Shown here: positions 1 through 10,008 of the stretch, one piece after another | Numbering within the stretch: position 1 is the stretch's first letter | How the letters are laid out: each line of letters opens with the position of its first letter | NCBI GenBank assembly: GCA_963769025.1 | Contig: CAVYKI010000009.1 | Span: 512,001-576,000 of the forward strand | DNA from: an uncultured Verrucomicrobiae bacterium | GTDB taxonomy: Bacteria; Verrucomicrobiota; Verrucomicrobiia; Chthoniobacterales; Chthoniobacteraceae | DNA length: 64,000 nt | Reading direction: 5' to 3' | Made by a program: the position numbers and the translations under genes | Notes under the pieces: model-generated | Seen by the model: only the letters and a program-made list of their open reading frames with translations | Databases searched by the model: none | Told to the model about the DNA's origin: nothing

Positions 1-3000
1 GCTCGTCGCGCAGGACGCGGCCTCCGGTCGCGGGCAGGCTGGTGTCGAACTGCTCGGCGTAATCCCGCGGCCGCGTGACTGCCTGATTTTGCAAGACCGG
101 CAGAAGGCTTTGCGAATCGAGCGTCACGTCGGCAGGCACCGTGGCCGTCACCGAGATGCCGGCGAGTTCGAGGATTGTCGAGTAAAGGTCCACGACATGC
201 GCGAACACGTCGGACGTGCGGCCTGGGGAGACGACATTCGGGCTGCGGATGATCATCGGCACCCAGACGCCGCCCTGGTACAAAGTGTCCTTGCCGTGCA
301 TGGCGGGGAAGGGCGTCTGGAGCACCTGGTTCGGAGTGCCGTTGTCGCCGATGAAAATGACCGTCGTTTTGTTCAGATCCGCCGCCTTGAGCAGGTTTCC
401 GATTTCCGTATCCATGGCCTCGATGGCGGCATTGTAGTAGGAGCGCGGATTCGCGGTGATGTCCCCCGCGGTGCCGCTGAGTGAGGCGTAGGTCGGGCAG
501 AGAGTCGTGGGTGAAGGCAGATGAAACGGCGCGTGCGGGGCATTGAATGCGACCCAGGCGAACCACGGCTTGTCCGCCCGTGCCTGCGCCTGGATCCAGG
601 CCGCGGCGTCGTTGACGGTGTCGGTCGTCGCGTAGGTGGCGACGGTCCCGCTGCTCGTTCCGCCAGCCGTGCCGTCGCTGATCACTTTCGTCCAACTGGT
701 GTAGCTGGCGAGCCCTCCGGAAATGGCGCCTGCAAACGCGGGCCAGCCGCCGATTTCGCAGGGGCTGCGGTTCACAGTTTGTCCTGTGCCGGCGGTGAGA
801 TGCCATTTGCCGAAATGCTTGAGCTGATAGCCGAGTCCGCTGTTCGCCGCGAAAGCCTTTGGCAGCGTGAACTCGGCGCTGGCGAGCGAGTTGTTCGCCG
901 CGGTGGAAACCACGTCGCCCGTGCCGGTGCGAAAGCCGAAGCGCCCGGTGAGCATCGCGGAGCGCGTCGGCGAACAGGTCGGATAGGCGTATGCATTGGT
1001 GAAACGCACGCCGTTCGCCGCGATCTTGGCGATCTCTGGCGTGGGTGCCAGCGAGGCGGCCGGGCTGGTGTTGTAAAGCGCGCTGGCGTCGATGCCGAAG
1101 TCGTCGGCGATGATGAGGAGGATGTTGTTGCTCGCAACGGGCGAGGTCACTGTGAGCAGGAAATTCGTGCTCATCGTCGCCGCGCCGTCATTCACGGTGA
1201 CGGTGATCATCGCGGTGCCGGTCTGACCGCCAGCCGGAGTGACGGTCACGGTGCGGCTGGCGCCGCTGCCGCCAAAGACGATGCCCGCATTCGGAACGAG
1301 TGTGATGTTTCCCGAACTGCCGCTGACCGTGAGGCTGCCAAGAGGCGTCTCCATGTCGCCGACAGTGAACGCGAGTGCGCCCGTGTTGGTGTTCTGCGAA
1401 ATGGATTGGCTGGCGATGCCGGTGAAGGTTGGCGGCGTGTTTGCCCCGCTCACCGTGAGCACGAAATCCGTGCCGGTCGTCGCGATGCCGTCGCTCACAT
1501 TGACGCTGATCGTCGCGCTGCCGGTCTGACCGTTGGCCGGAGTGACGGTCACGGTGCGGCCCGCGCCGCTGCCGCCGAAGACGATGTTCGCTTCCGGCAC
1601 GAGCGTGATGTTTCCCGAACTGCCGCTGACCGTGAGGCCGCCCACCGCTGTCTCCGCATCGCCAACCGTAAAGGCCAGCGCACCGGTGCTGGTGTTTTGC
1701 GAGATGGATTGGCTGGCGATGCCGGTGATCGTCGGCGGGGTGTTCGAGGCTTGCACGCTGAGGACAAAGCTCGTGCCGGTCGTCGCGATCCCGTCGTTCG
1801 CGTTGATGGTGATCGTGGCGGTGCCGGTCTGCCCCGCGGCTGGCGTGACGGTGACGTTGCGGTTCGCGCCGCTGCCGCCGAAAACGATGTTCGCATCCGG
1901 CACGAGCGTGATGTTTCCCGAACTGCCGCTGACTGTGATGCTGGCGGCCGCCGTTTCCGCATCGCCGACAGTAAAGGCCAGCGCGCCCGTGGACGTGTCT
2001 TTGAGAATGGAGCGGTCGCCGATGCCGGTGATGGTCGGCGGCGTGTTCGGCGCGGGGATGACGTAACTTTGGATTGTCGATTGCGAGAAGGTGGCGGCGG
2101 ACTGCCCGGTCGCATCGTACGCGGCGAGCGCGGTCCGGTTGACCCGCGCGTATTCGGTGCCGCTGCTGCCGAGTACGTTGTAGCTCGTGCCCGTCGAAAT
2201 GCCCGTCGAGACGAGGCCCGTCTGCTTGCTGGTCCAGCCTGATTGATCGGACGAGGCATCGACGCTGTAAGTGCCACCTTCCACCGCACTCCAGGTCAGC
2301 GAGACGACGCCGTTCGTCACGGGCGGGGAGGGGACCGACAGCGCCGAATTTGCACCGCCGCGGAAATGCAGCGTGAGCGGTGTGTCGGCGTTCATCTGCG
2401 CCTCGGTTCTCGTGCCACCCGTCGCGCTGCCATAGTACCAAGCGCTGGCGAGGTAGGGATAAATCGAAGTTCCATCGGCCTTGATCGTCGTGAAGTAGGC
2501 CCACGTGCCGGAGGGAAACTCAGGCGTGACGCAGAAGCGCACATTGTACTGGTTGAGGTCGAAGAATACGCCGCCGGCATTCGTCTTCGATCCCTGGGTG
2601 TAACCAAGATCGCCGAGATAGTCGTAGTCCTCCACGAAATGACCGAGGGTGTAAGTGAGCGGCGGCGCGGTGCTCGTGTAAGTGGTCGTGGGGCCATACT
2701 GGCCGGCACTGAGAGTGGCCGAGCGTCCCTGGGCCACCGCAGCCCACGCCGGCAATGTCGTGCGGCCTGTGCTCGTGATATTGGTCGTGCCATTGGTGCC
2801 ATCGCGAAGCTGATAGCCGGAGATCATCCGTCGCACGCCGCCGATGGTGACCGTGGGCGCCGAAATGTAGCCGGTGCCTCCGTTGGTCATCGTGATCGCG
2901 GTCACGATACCGCCGGTGATGACCGCTGTCGCCGCGGCTCCGCTCCCTCCTCCGCCGGTGAAAATCACCAGTGGTGTTGATTGATACAGTGTTCCGCCAT

Positions 3001-3487
3001 TCGTCACCGTCGCCGATCCGACCGACCCGGCACTGAGATTCGCCACCGCAGTCGCTCCAGTGCTGCCGCCATCGTATCCGTACGGTCCGTAGAGCGGGAG
3101 TCCGTCCCGCATCCAGCCGATGATGGGCGAATGCCGGAAGGTCGCCGTCGCCAGATTTTCCGAATAGTTCTTCGTCGAGTTGTTCGCAGGCGTGCCGGCG
3201 TAGGTCACGTTGTCCCCGAGCAGATGGCGCGTGGCGATCGGGTTGACGTGGTTGTGGTACTGGCCGCTTCCCGGCTGGTGGGCGAGGGCGTAGTCGAAGG
3301 ACGATCCTTCATTCGGGAGCGCATCGCGATTCCAGATGCCGTCGCCGTTGAAGCCGCCATTCGGAGTCGCATCCTTGGCATTGGCGTTCGAGTAAGAGAA
3401 TCCGTCGGACGTGTTGAAAATGGCGACACCATCCACGAGATAGCCGATCACCCCGAGGCCCGTGAGCGTCTCCCGGCGCGGTGTCAC
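1..3487 (-). CDS. Multidomain protein: YHYH domain, three Ig/cadherin-like repeats and a C-terminal sulfatase; runs off the left edge, N-terminus apparently missing
   Basis: Translated by hand (absent from the ORF track). YHYH-type motifs GVIGYLVDGVAIF, QYHNHVNP and HSPIIGWMRDGLPLYGPYG; three 101-aa repeats; sulfatase motifs NILLIIADD, CSPTR, GKWHL and IGDNG. Confidence 0.8.
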   Translation of the reverse strand, partial: MTPRRETLTGLGVIGYLVDGVAIFNTSDGFSYSNANAKDATPNGGFNGDGIWNRDALPNEGSSFDYALAHQPGSGQYHNHVNPIATRHLLGDNVTYAGTPANNSTKNYSENLATATFRHSPIIGWMRDGLPLYGPYGYDGGSTGATAVANLSAGSVGSATVTNGGTLYQSTPLVIFTGGGGSGAAATAVITGGIVTAITMTNGGTGYISAPTVTIGGVRRMISGYQLRDGTNGTTNITSTGRTTLPAWAAVAQGRSATLSAGQYGPTTTYTSTAPPLTYTLGHFVEDYDYLGDLGYTQGSKTNAGGVFFDLNQYNVRFCVTPEFPSGTWAYFTTIKADGTSIYPYLASAWYYGSATGGTRTEAQMNADTPLTLHFRGGANSALSVPSPPVTNGVVSLTWSAVEGGTYSVDASSDQSGWTSKQTGLVSTGISTGTSYNVLGSSGTEYARVNRTALAAYDATGQSAATFSQSTIQSYVIPAPNTPPTITGIGDRSILKDTSTGALAFTVGDAETAAASITVSGSSGNITLVPDANIVFGGSGANRNVTVTPAAGQTGTATITINANDGIATTGTSFVLSVQASNTPPTITGIASQSISQNTSTGALAFTVGDAETAVGGLTVSGSSGNITLVPEANIVFGGSGAGRTVTVTPANGQTGSATISVNVSDGIATTGTDFVLTVSGANTPPTFTGIASQSISQNTNTGALAFTVGDMETPLGSLTVSGSSGNITLVPNAGIVFGGSGASRTVTVTPAGGQTGTAMITVTVNDGAATMSTNFLLTVTSPVASNNILLIIADDFGIDASALYNTSPAASLAPTPEIAKIAANGVRFTNAYAYPTCSPTRSAMLTGRFGFRTGTGDVVSTAANNSLASAEFTLPKAFAANSGLGYQLKHFGKWHLTAGTGQTVNRSPCEIGGWPAFAGAISGGLASYTSWTKVISDGTAGGTSSGTVATYATTDTVNDAAAWIQAQARADKPWFAWVAFNAPHAPFHLPSPTTLCPTYASLSGTAGDITANPRSYYNAAIEAMDTEIGNLLKAADLNKTTVIFIGDNGTPNQVLQTPFPAMHGKDTLYQGGVWVPMIIRSPNVVSPGRTSDVFAHVVDLYSTILELAGISVTATVPADVTLDSQSLLPVLQNQAVTRPRDYAEQFDTSLPATGGRVLRDE
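1150..2050 (-). repeat. Three intragenic 303-bp Ig/cadherin-like repeats
   Basis: NTPPT unit starts near 2047, 1744 and 1441, exactly 303 bp apart. Confidence 0.85.
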
Positions 3488-3677
3488 AGGACGCCATTCT
3501 TGGGAGGAGCGTCCCCCAAACGTGGCGCAACTTGTTGGTGTTCCTCCAAATCAAAAGGGAAAAAATGCAAAGGGTGCGCAAAAACGGGGCAGCTTGCCGT
3601 CCTTCCCCAGTGCCCCGTCGCACAAGCGGGTGAGCAGCGCCGTCGCTGGCGCTACTCTCCCGCTTGTGCGGTCTGGG

Positions 3678-4067
3678 TCATTCAACCGGAGGCCGCTGCG
3701 GGCGGCCACCACCAGCGGGAGCACCTTGGCCGCCGCCTTGCGGACGACCCGGCCCGCCTTGGCCGCCGAGACCGCCGGGCCGTTGCGGGCGAAATTCGCC
3801 CTCGGTGAGCTTCCCGTCGCCGTTCTTGTCCAGCTTCTTGAGCGATTCGGTAGCCTTGGCGAGCTCGCTGGCATCGATGATGCCGTCTTTGTTCAGGTCC
3901 AGCGCCTCGATGATCGGGCTGGGTGGGCGCGGGCCGCCGGGGCCGCCTGGTCCTCCGGGCCCGCCCCCGGGAGGAGGACCGCCTCCAGGCGGCTTGCCGT
4001 CCTGCGCGAAGTTCATGGTCGTGAGCGCGCCGATCGTCAGCGCGAGGGTGATGATGTGTTTTCTCAT
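3678..4067 (-). CDS. Secreted EF-hand protein with Gly/Pro-rich arms
   Basis: Signal peptide; EF-hand loops DLNKDGIIDASE and DKNGDGKLTEGE. Confidence 0.85.
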   Translation of the reverse strand: MRKHIITLALTIGALTTMNFAQDGKPPGGGPPPGGGPGGPGGPGGPRPPSPIIEALDLNKDGIIDASELAKATESLKKLDKNGDGKLTEGEFRPQRPGGLGGQGGPGRPQGGGQGAPAGGGRPQRPPVE

Positions 4068-4085
4068 GTTGTGTGGCTGTGTTGG

Positions 4086-5459
4086 TTACCTGGCGTTTTC
4101 GGTGCCCGCGGACGGCGCTGCTTCGATGCAGTAAAGCGCGCGGTTGGAGCGCAGAAAGATTTGGCGGTCCGCGATGGCGGGTGTCGCGTTGAACTGGGAG
4201 TCACCGCCGGCGAGCTTGTTTTGCGCGATGAGTTTGAACTCCGGCCTGGCCTCGAAGACGAACGTCCCATTCTGCCGGCTCACCGCGTAAAGTGCGCCAC
4301 CAGCGAGGACCGGTGATGCATAAAACGGCTTGCCGCCGCGCCCCGTCGCACTCGCGCCGGGGAGGCGCTCCTTGAAGATTGCGCTGCCGGGCTTTGCGTC
4401 GAGGCACGTCGCAAAGCCCGCATCGCTCACAAAGTAGAGCCGTCCCTCGTGCAGCACGGGTGTCGGCACGTATGTGCTCGTGCTGCTCGTCCACGCGATG
4501 TGCGTCTGCGTCACCTCGCCCTTGCCGCCTGTGCGCACCGCGAGCGCGCCGGTGCGCGGAAATCCACCGCACACAAACACCATGCTGTCGCCGGCGATGA
4601 CGCTGGGCGCGATATTTCCCGGCAGCCCGGTCTCGGCGAACCAGCGCAATTTGCCAGTGTCCGGATTTAGCCCCCACACCTCGCCGGGCAGTGCGAAGAC
4701 CAGTTCGGTGCGGCCTTCACGTTCCACCAGCACCGGCGTGCCAAAGCTGTAACCGAGCGCCGCGCCCTCGGCCTTCCATGCGATCTTGCCCGTCTTCTTT
4801 TCCAGCGCGACGAGCGCGCGGCCCTCCTCCGATGCGTTGATGATGACGAAGTCCCTGTAAAGGATCGGGCTGCCCGCGGAACCCCAATTCTTGCCGTTCG
4901 ATGCCGTGCCGAGGCCTGTCTGCCAGAGCTTCCGGCCCGCGAGGTCAAATGCCGCCGCGCCGCTCTTGCCGAAAAAGACATACACATGCTCGCCGTCGCT
5001 CACCGGCGTGTGGCTCGCGTAGCCGTGCTCGGTGAGAAATCCGCTGAAACTGTCCTCCGGCTGCACCGCGGGGACCGCAGCCGACCACGCGATCTTTCCA
5101 TCCGCGCGATTCACGCAGACGAGGTGCCGCTGGAGTTGCTGAATGCCACCGCTGCCCCCGTCGCCGTAGCCGGAATAGCACGTCACAAAGATGCGTTCGC
5201 CCACAACGATCGGGCTGCTCGTGCCGGGCCCGGGAAGTTCCGTCTTCCAGCGGACATTCTGCGAATCGTTCCATGTCGTCGCCGTCTTCGCATCGGCCGC
5301 GATGCCGGATCCATTGGGCCCGCGGAAGCGCATCCAATCCGCCGCGCCCACATCCGCCGCTGCGAGCATCACCACAGCCGCCACCGCATGCGCAAAGCCG
5401 CGGCAAATGTGAATCGATCGGTGCTCGCCTGAGCCGGAGTTGGGGGTCTTGAAAATCAT
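4086..5459 (-). CDS. PQQ-like beta-propeller (BamB-like) protein; start uncertain
   Basis: DWMRFRGPNGSG, WKTELPGPGTSSPIV, ASHTPVSDG, ATPAIAD motifs. Confidence 0.85.
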   Translation of the reverse strand: MIFKTPNSGSGEHRSIHICRGFAHAVAAVVMLAAADVGAADWMRFRGPNGSGIAADAKTATTWNDSQNVRWKTELPGPGTSSPIVVGERIFVTCYSGYGDGGSGGIQQLQRHLVCVNRADGKIAWSAAVPAVQPEDSFSGFLTEHGYASHTPVSDGEHVYVFFGKSGAAAFDLAGRKLWQTGLGTASNGKNWGSAGSPILYRDFVIINASEEGRALVALEKKTGKIAWKAEGAALGYSFGTPVLVEREGRTELVFALPGEVWGLNPDTGKLRWFAETGLPGNIAPSVIAGDSMVFVCGGFPRTGALAVRTGGKGEVTQTHIAWTSSTSTYVPTPVLHEGRLYFVSDAGFATCLDAKPGSAIFKERLPGASATGRGGKPFYASPVLAGGALYAVSRQNGTFVFEARPEFKLIAQNKLAGGDSQFNATPAIADRQIFLRSNRALYCIEAAPSAGTENAR

Positions 5460-5642
5460 GGATGTCCGTGCGCATGAGACGCCATTTTTCATCCGCGCAT
5501 CATGGCCCCTCCACCTTAATGCACGATGAAGCTGCGGATTTTTTTCGGGAAAATCACATCCCGCCTGCGCACGGGTTGCCGGTCCCGACCCGCGAGAACC
5601 GCCGTGCGTCTGCCGCAGCCAATCGCACCGCATGGCAGCGCT

Positions 5643-6056
5643 TCAGGGACTGACCCTCACGATGTCCGCCGTCGCCTGAAAAAGCCCGGCGGCCTGATCG
5701 AGGACGTGAAGACTCCGCTGCTTTTCCTCCGGCGTCTTCGAGCTGAGCTCGCCATACAGCCGTTCGATTTCCCAAACCTCCTTGAGCTGGCTGGCAAGCG
5801 CCGTGGCTTCCGTTTCGCCGATGAGATCGCCGATGGCACCCACCAACTGCTGCGAGTGCGACAGCAGAATCTGGCAGCTCCCGTGCGGGTAAACGCCCTG
5901 CTTCAGCGACGCGCTGGTGTCCGCGATGTTTTTCGCGATGGCATTCAGAAAGTCTGCGACCTCCCGCTTGCGGTCTTTGCGTGCCTTGGAGAGTTCGCCT
6001 CGCAGTCCGAAGAGTTTCAGTCCTGCGTCGAGCAATGTTCCGATGATTCCTGGCAT
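5643..6056 (-). CDS. Hypothetical helical protein
   Basis: Natural-looking ORF from MPGIIG, collinear with neighbours. Confidence 0.6.
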   Translation of the reverse strand: MPGIIGTLLDAGLKLFGLRGELSKARKDRKREVADFLNAIAKNIADTSASLKQGVYPHGSCQILLSHSQQLVGAIGDLIGETEATALASQLKEVWEIERLYGELSSKTPEEKQRSLHVLDQAAGLFQATADIVRVSP

Positions 6057-6183
6057 GGTCGTTGGGGGTTGAAACGGAGTGCCCCGGATTTGCCGATGGA
6101 TACCAAGGTCAGCAGCCGCGTGATGCGGCACATTGCTAGGCGAGCGCAGCGTGGCCTTCCAGCATCTTCCCGCGTGGGGAAGC

Positions 6184-6939
6184 CTATTTCGCCGGCTCCG
6201 CGTTCCAGACCTTGATGTCCTCGAAGTAGCCGTCTTTGCCGGAGACGCCGAGTTCGATCTTGGACTTCGTCGGATGGCCGATGCCGGGGGACTTGAGGTA
6301 CGCGACCGCTTTTCCGTCGATGCTCGCGCGCATCTCCTCGCCGACGGTCTCCACGGTGAAAGTGTAGGTCTTCCCGGCTTCGTACGTGCCGGGGAACGTC
6401 GCGCTCTTGCCGGCCATCAGCTTTGCCACTTCGGCCTTCTTCGTGGGGTCGTTCCGCAATGCCTTGATCGCCTGGTTTTGACTGCCCTCGCGCTCGTCCA
6501 TGATGGTCACGCCATTCAGCGCGACGATGGCGCGGCAGAGGTGGCCATAATGCGAGCCGGTGTATTTACGATCGTCGAATTCCACATCCATCCGCGTGTT
6601 GCCCGCAAAGCGGATTTTCACCTCCACGACGCTGTCCTTGGTCGGCAGTTCGAGGCCGAAGACGGCGGCGTGGGCCTTCACCTCGGGTTTGCCGTCGGCG
6701 GCGGGGATATCCTTATCGCGGGTCTGCGTGCCCTTGAGCGCGCCCTTTTCAAAAGTGAACGTGTCCACCACGCGATGCCAGCGCTTGTCGTGCGTGTCGC
6801 CCTTGAAGTCGTCGGCAAAAAGCAGCTCCTTCTTTTTCGCGATGGGAGCGGCGGGAATGGCAGGGAGCTTGGGCGCGTCGGCGGCGAAGGCGGTGGCGGT
6901 GACGAGGCAGGTGAGGGCGAGGATGGTGCGGATGTTCAT
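6184..6939 (-). CDS. Secreted hypothetical protein, possibly ConA/DUF1080-like beta-sandwich
   Basis: Signal peptide, LLFADDF near N-terminus, FEDIKVW at C-terminus. Confidence 0.7.
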   Translation of the reverse strand: MNIRTILALTCLVTATAFAADAPKLPAIPAAPIAKKKELLFADDFKGDTHDKRWHRVVDTFTFEKGALKGTQTRDKDIPAADGKPEVKAHAAVFGLELPTKDSVVEVKIRFAGNTRMDVEFDDRKYTGSHYGHLCRAIVALNGVTIMDEREGSQNQAIKALRNDPTKKAEVAKLMAGKSATFPGTYEAGKTYTFTVETVGEEMRASIDGKAVAYLKSPGIGHPTKSKIELGVSGKDGYFEDIKVWNAEPAK

Positions 6940-7084
6940 TGTCGGTGGGAGCAGCGAGGCTTGCGGTAATGCGGCGGACCTTCAACGGGAAATCGTCGCG
7001 GGCCGGCGCGCGCCGTGGCGTGCGAGATATTTTTGCGCGGGGATTGAGCACACGGCGGCGGCGTGCATGCTGCGTGCTACCCAA

Positions 7085-8492
7085 ATGAAGATGAACACCC
7101 CCTCGAATCGCATCACCCCGATCACCCCGATCACCCCGATCACCCCGATCACTCGGCGGACCTTCCTGAAAAGCGGCACCGTGCTTGCAACCGGCATCGC
7201 GGCTCTCTCCTGGCAGGCGCGCGCGCAGACGAACAAGAACAGCAAGCTGCGCATCTTCCAGATCGGCGTCGGCGGCGTCGCCGGCGATGCAGCGCAAAGG
7301 TTTGAAGGGCATCCGATGGTCGAGTTCGCCGGCTTCTGCGACGTGGACCGCCGCGAGCTGGACAAAATCGCGAAGCAATTTCCCGGCGCGTGGACGGTCA
7401 CGGATTACCGCGAGGCATTTGCGAAACGCGCGGATCAGTTCGACGCGGTGATCGTCGACACGCCCGACTTTCACCACGCGCCGATGATGCTCACGGCGAT
7501 GAAGCACCACAAACACATCTACGGCCAGAAGCCGCTCGTGCATCAGCTCGACGAGCTGCGGATGATCCGCGACGGCCTCGCCGCGCGGCCAAAGCTCGTG
7601 ACGCAGATGGGCAACCAGCGCGCGTGCAAGGAGGGCCGCATGCAGGCGGTCGAGATCCTGCGCAAAAACCAGCTCGGCCGTCCCGTCGAGGCGCTACATC
7701 TGGACCGGCGGAGTCGCGCGCGGGACTTACTTCGTCGAGCCGTGGAGCGACTACACGCCGGCCAAGCCCATCCCGCCGGAACTCGACTGGGATCTCTGGC
7801 AGGTCCGCTCACCGCGAAGCTCCCCTACAGCGAAGACCTCGCGCCGCGACGCTGGCGCGCATTCTGGGAGACGGGCGGCGGACAGCTCGCCGACTGGGGC
7901 TGCCATCTCATCGACCTGCTCTACTTCGCCTACGATCTGCCGTCGCCGGAAGCGGTGCTCACACACACGATCCGCGCGGCCGGCGTCGCGCACTCCTCAC
8001 ACAACCAGAGCACGCTCACCTTCGCCGGCGGCGGCAAATTCGCGCGCGAGAAATTCGTGCTGCACTACAACGACACCGCGCTGCTGCCTTCCTTCGCCGC
8101 GCTCGGACTGCCGCGAGACGAAGGCCGGCGCGAATCACACCATGGTCGTCTGCGAGGAAGGCACGCTGCTGCTCCAGGCCGACGGCAAGATCACCATCTT
8201 CCGCAAGGGCAAGGTCGTGGACAATGAGCCGCTGCCGAAGGTCGAGCCGCGCGACCATTGGAAGGACTGGGCCGACAACTGCCTCGGCGCGAGCAAGCCG
8301 CTGTGGACGCCATTTCAGATCGGCTGGCGCATCACCGAACCCGCGCTGCTCGCGGTAAAGGCCACGCGCTACCCCGGCGAAGAGTTGCGCTGGAACGGCA
8401 CCACCTGCCGCTTCACGAATCACGACAAGGCCAACGGCGAAATCGTCTCCCGCACCTACCGCCCCGGCTTCGAGCCCCCGCAGGTGAGCTGA
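7085..8492 (+). CDS. Tat-exported Gfo/Idh/MocA oxidoreductase, frameshifted (probably sequence errors)
   Basis: TRRTFLK Tat motif; IGVGG, DTPDFHH, QKPL, TQMGNQ, GQLADWGCH; C-terminus continues in ORF 8142-8492. Confidence 0.85.
7112..7152 (+). repeat. (ATCACCCCG) x4.5 in-frame 9-bp tandem repeat
   Basis: Seen directly; encodes ITPITPITPITPIT just before the Tat motif. Confidence 0.9.
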
Positions 8493-8511
8493 GATCACGG
8501 CATGCCGCGGG

Positions 8512-10008
8512 TCAGGATGCCGTTGCGGCGGCGCGCTGGGCGTTGAGCAATTCCAGCAATCGATCCCACTCGATGGTCACGATGGTCGTGGCGGTGTCGC
8601 TGAGGCCGTAGGGGAGGATGAGACGGCCACGGTGGAGCAGGGCGCCGCAGGTATAGACGACGTTGGGGACGTAGCCTTCGCGCTCGCTGCCCGGCGGCGC
8701 TGAGGAGCGGTTCGCTGAGTTCGGCGAGCACCTTCGACGGGATCGTCGCAGATCGAGGAGCATCGCGCCGATGCAGTATTTGCGCATCGGGCCGACGCCG
8801 TGGGTGATGACCAGCCAGCCGGCCTCGGTCTCGATGGGCGAGCCGCAGTTGCCGATCTTCACCATTTCCCACGGATGCCCCGGCCGGCGCAGGAGCTGCG
8901 GGTCGCTCCAGAAGTGCGGGTTGTCGGAGAACATCAGGAAGAGGTTTTCGTCGTCCTGCCGCGAGATCATGGCGTAGCGGCCGTCGATGCGGCGCGGGAA
9001 GAGGGCCATGCCTTTGTTCTGCACGGCGCGGCCGTTGAGCGTGAGCGCGCGGAAGTTGAGGAAATCCGTCGGTCTCGAGAAGCTGCGGCAGGATGGCGCG
9101 GCCATTGTAGGCGGTGTAGGTGGCGTAGTAGATGACGCTGCCGTCGTCCTCGACGAAGCGGACGAAGCGCGCGTCCTCCATGCCGTTGCTCTCATTGGAG
9201 GAGACGGGAAAAATGATGCGCTCGGAGACGGCGACGCGACGGGATCGAAATGGACCTCGTAGTTCGACTCCGCGAGCCAGCGCACGCACTCCATGGTGCG
9301 CTGCACTTCGCGGGGCAGCGGGCCGCTTTCCGCGGGCCGCGTGCTGCATGGCCTCTTCCAGTTCGCTGAGCGTGAAGTCGGTCGCCGAGCGATTCCATGA
9401 CGCGCGGCGGACCAGTCGTTCTCGAAGCCCATCTCCATGAGCTTGTGGAGGAAGATCGCTCTTGCGATACGTCGGGTTCGGATTCAGCCGCGGGCGCGGT
9501 GACGAAGCGCGACGGCTCATCCACGGTGATGGCGTGATCGGCGCGGATGACGCCGGTGCGAAATTCGATGGAGGAGATGTGCCCCTCGCCGGTCGCGCGC
9601 AGGCTGAGGATGAAGCGCAGTTCGCCGTCGGCGAGGCCGCGTTTGGTCCGGATGCGGCGACGATGGAGGGATTGAAGAGCGCCGCGGATTCGAGCGCGTA
9701 TTCGCCGGAGAAGAGCGCGCCGATGTAGAGCTGGCGCGCCTCGGAGAGCGGGCGGCTGCTGAAGACGTGCGCCTTCACCCGCTCGAAATGCCGCCGCCAG
9801 AACGCGCGGATATCGATGTGCCGGCTGCCGAATTCCGCGAGCACGGCGGCGAGCTGTTCCTCGGTCTCGGCCTCGCTCAGCGCGAGCGCGCGACCGATGA
9901 TATGGACGCATGCGCGCCGGGTCGCCGGGGATGAATGGGCGGATCAGACACGCGCGGCGTTGTCCGGACGGAGGTGACGCCGGTGGGCTGGATGGTCAGG
10001 CTGCGCAT
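8512..10008 (-). CDS. GH130-family glycosidase/phosphorylase, multiple frameshifts
   Basis: Fragments SAALFNPSIV, LRATGEGHISSI, NGMEDARFV, YATYTAY, NKGMALFPR, REGYVPNVVY spread over several frames. Confidence 0.85.

Noticed and set aside
521..3808. Long plus-strand ORFs (also 20809-23091, 50777-53749 and similar)
   Set aside because: Antisense shadows of real high-GC genes
7112..7152. 9-bp repeat as a phase-variation switch
   Set aside because: The unit is a multiple of 3, so copy change only alters the length of the signal-peptide n-region
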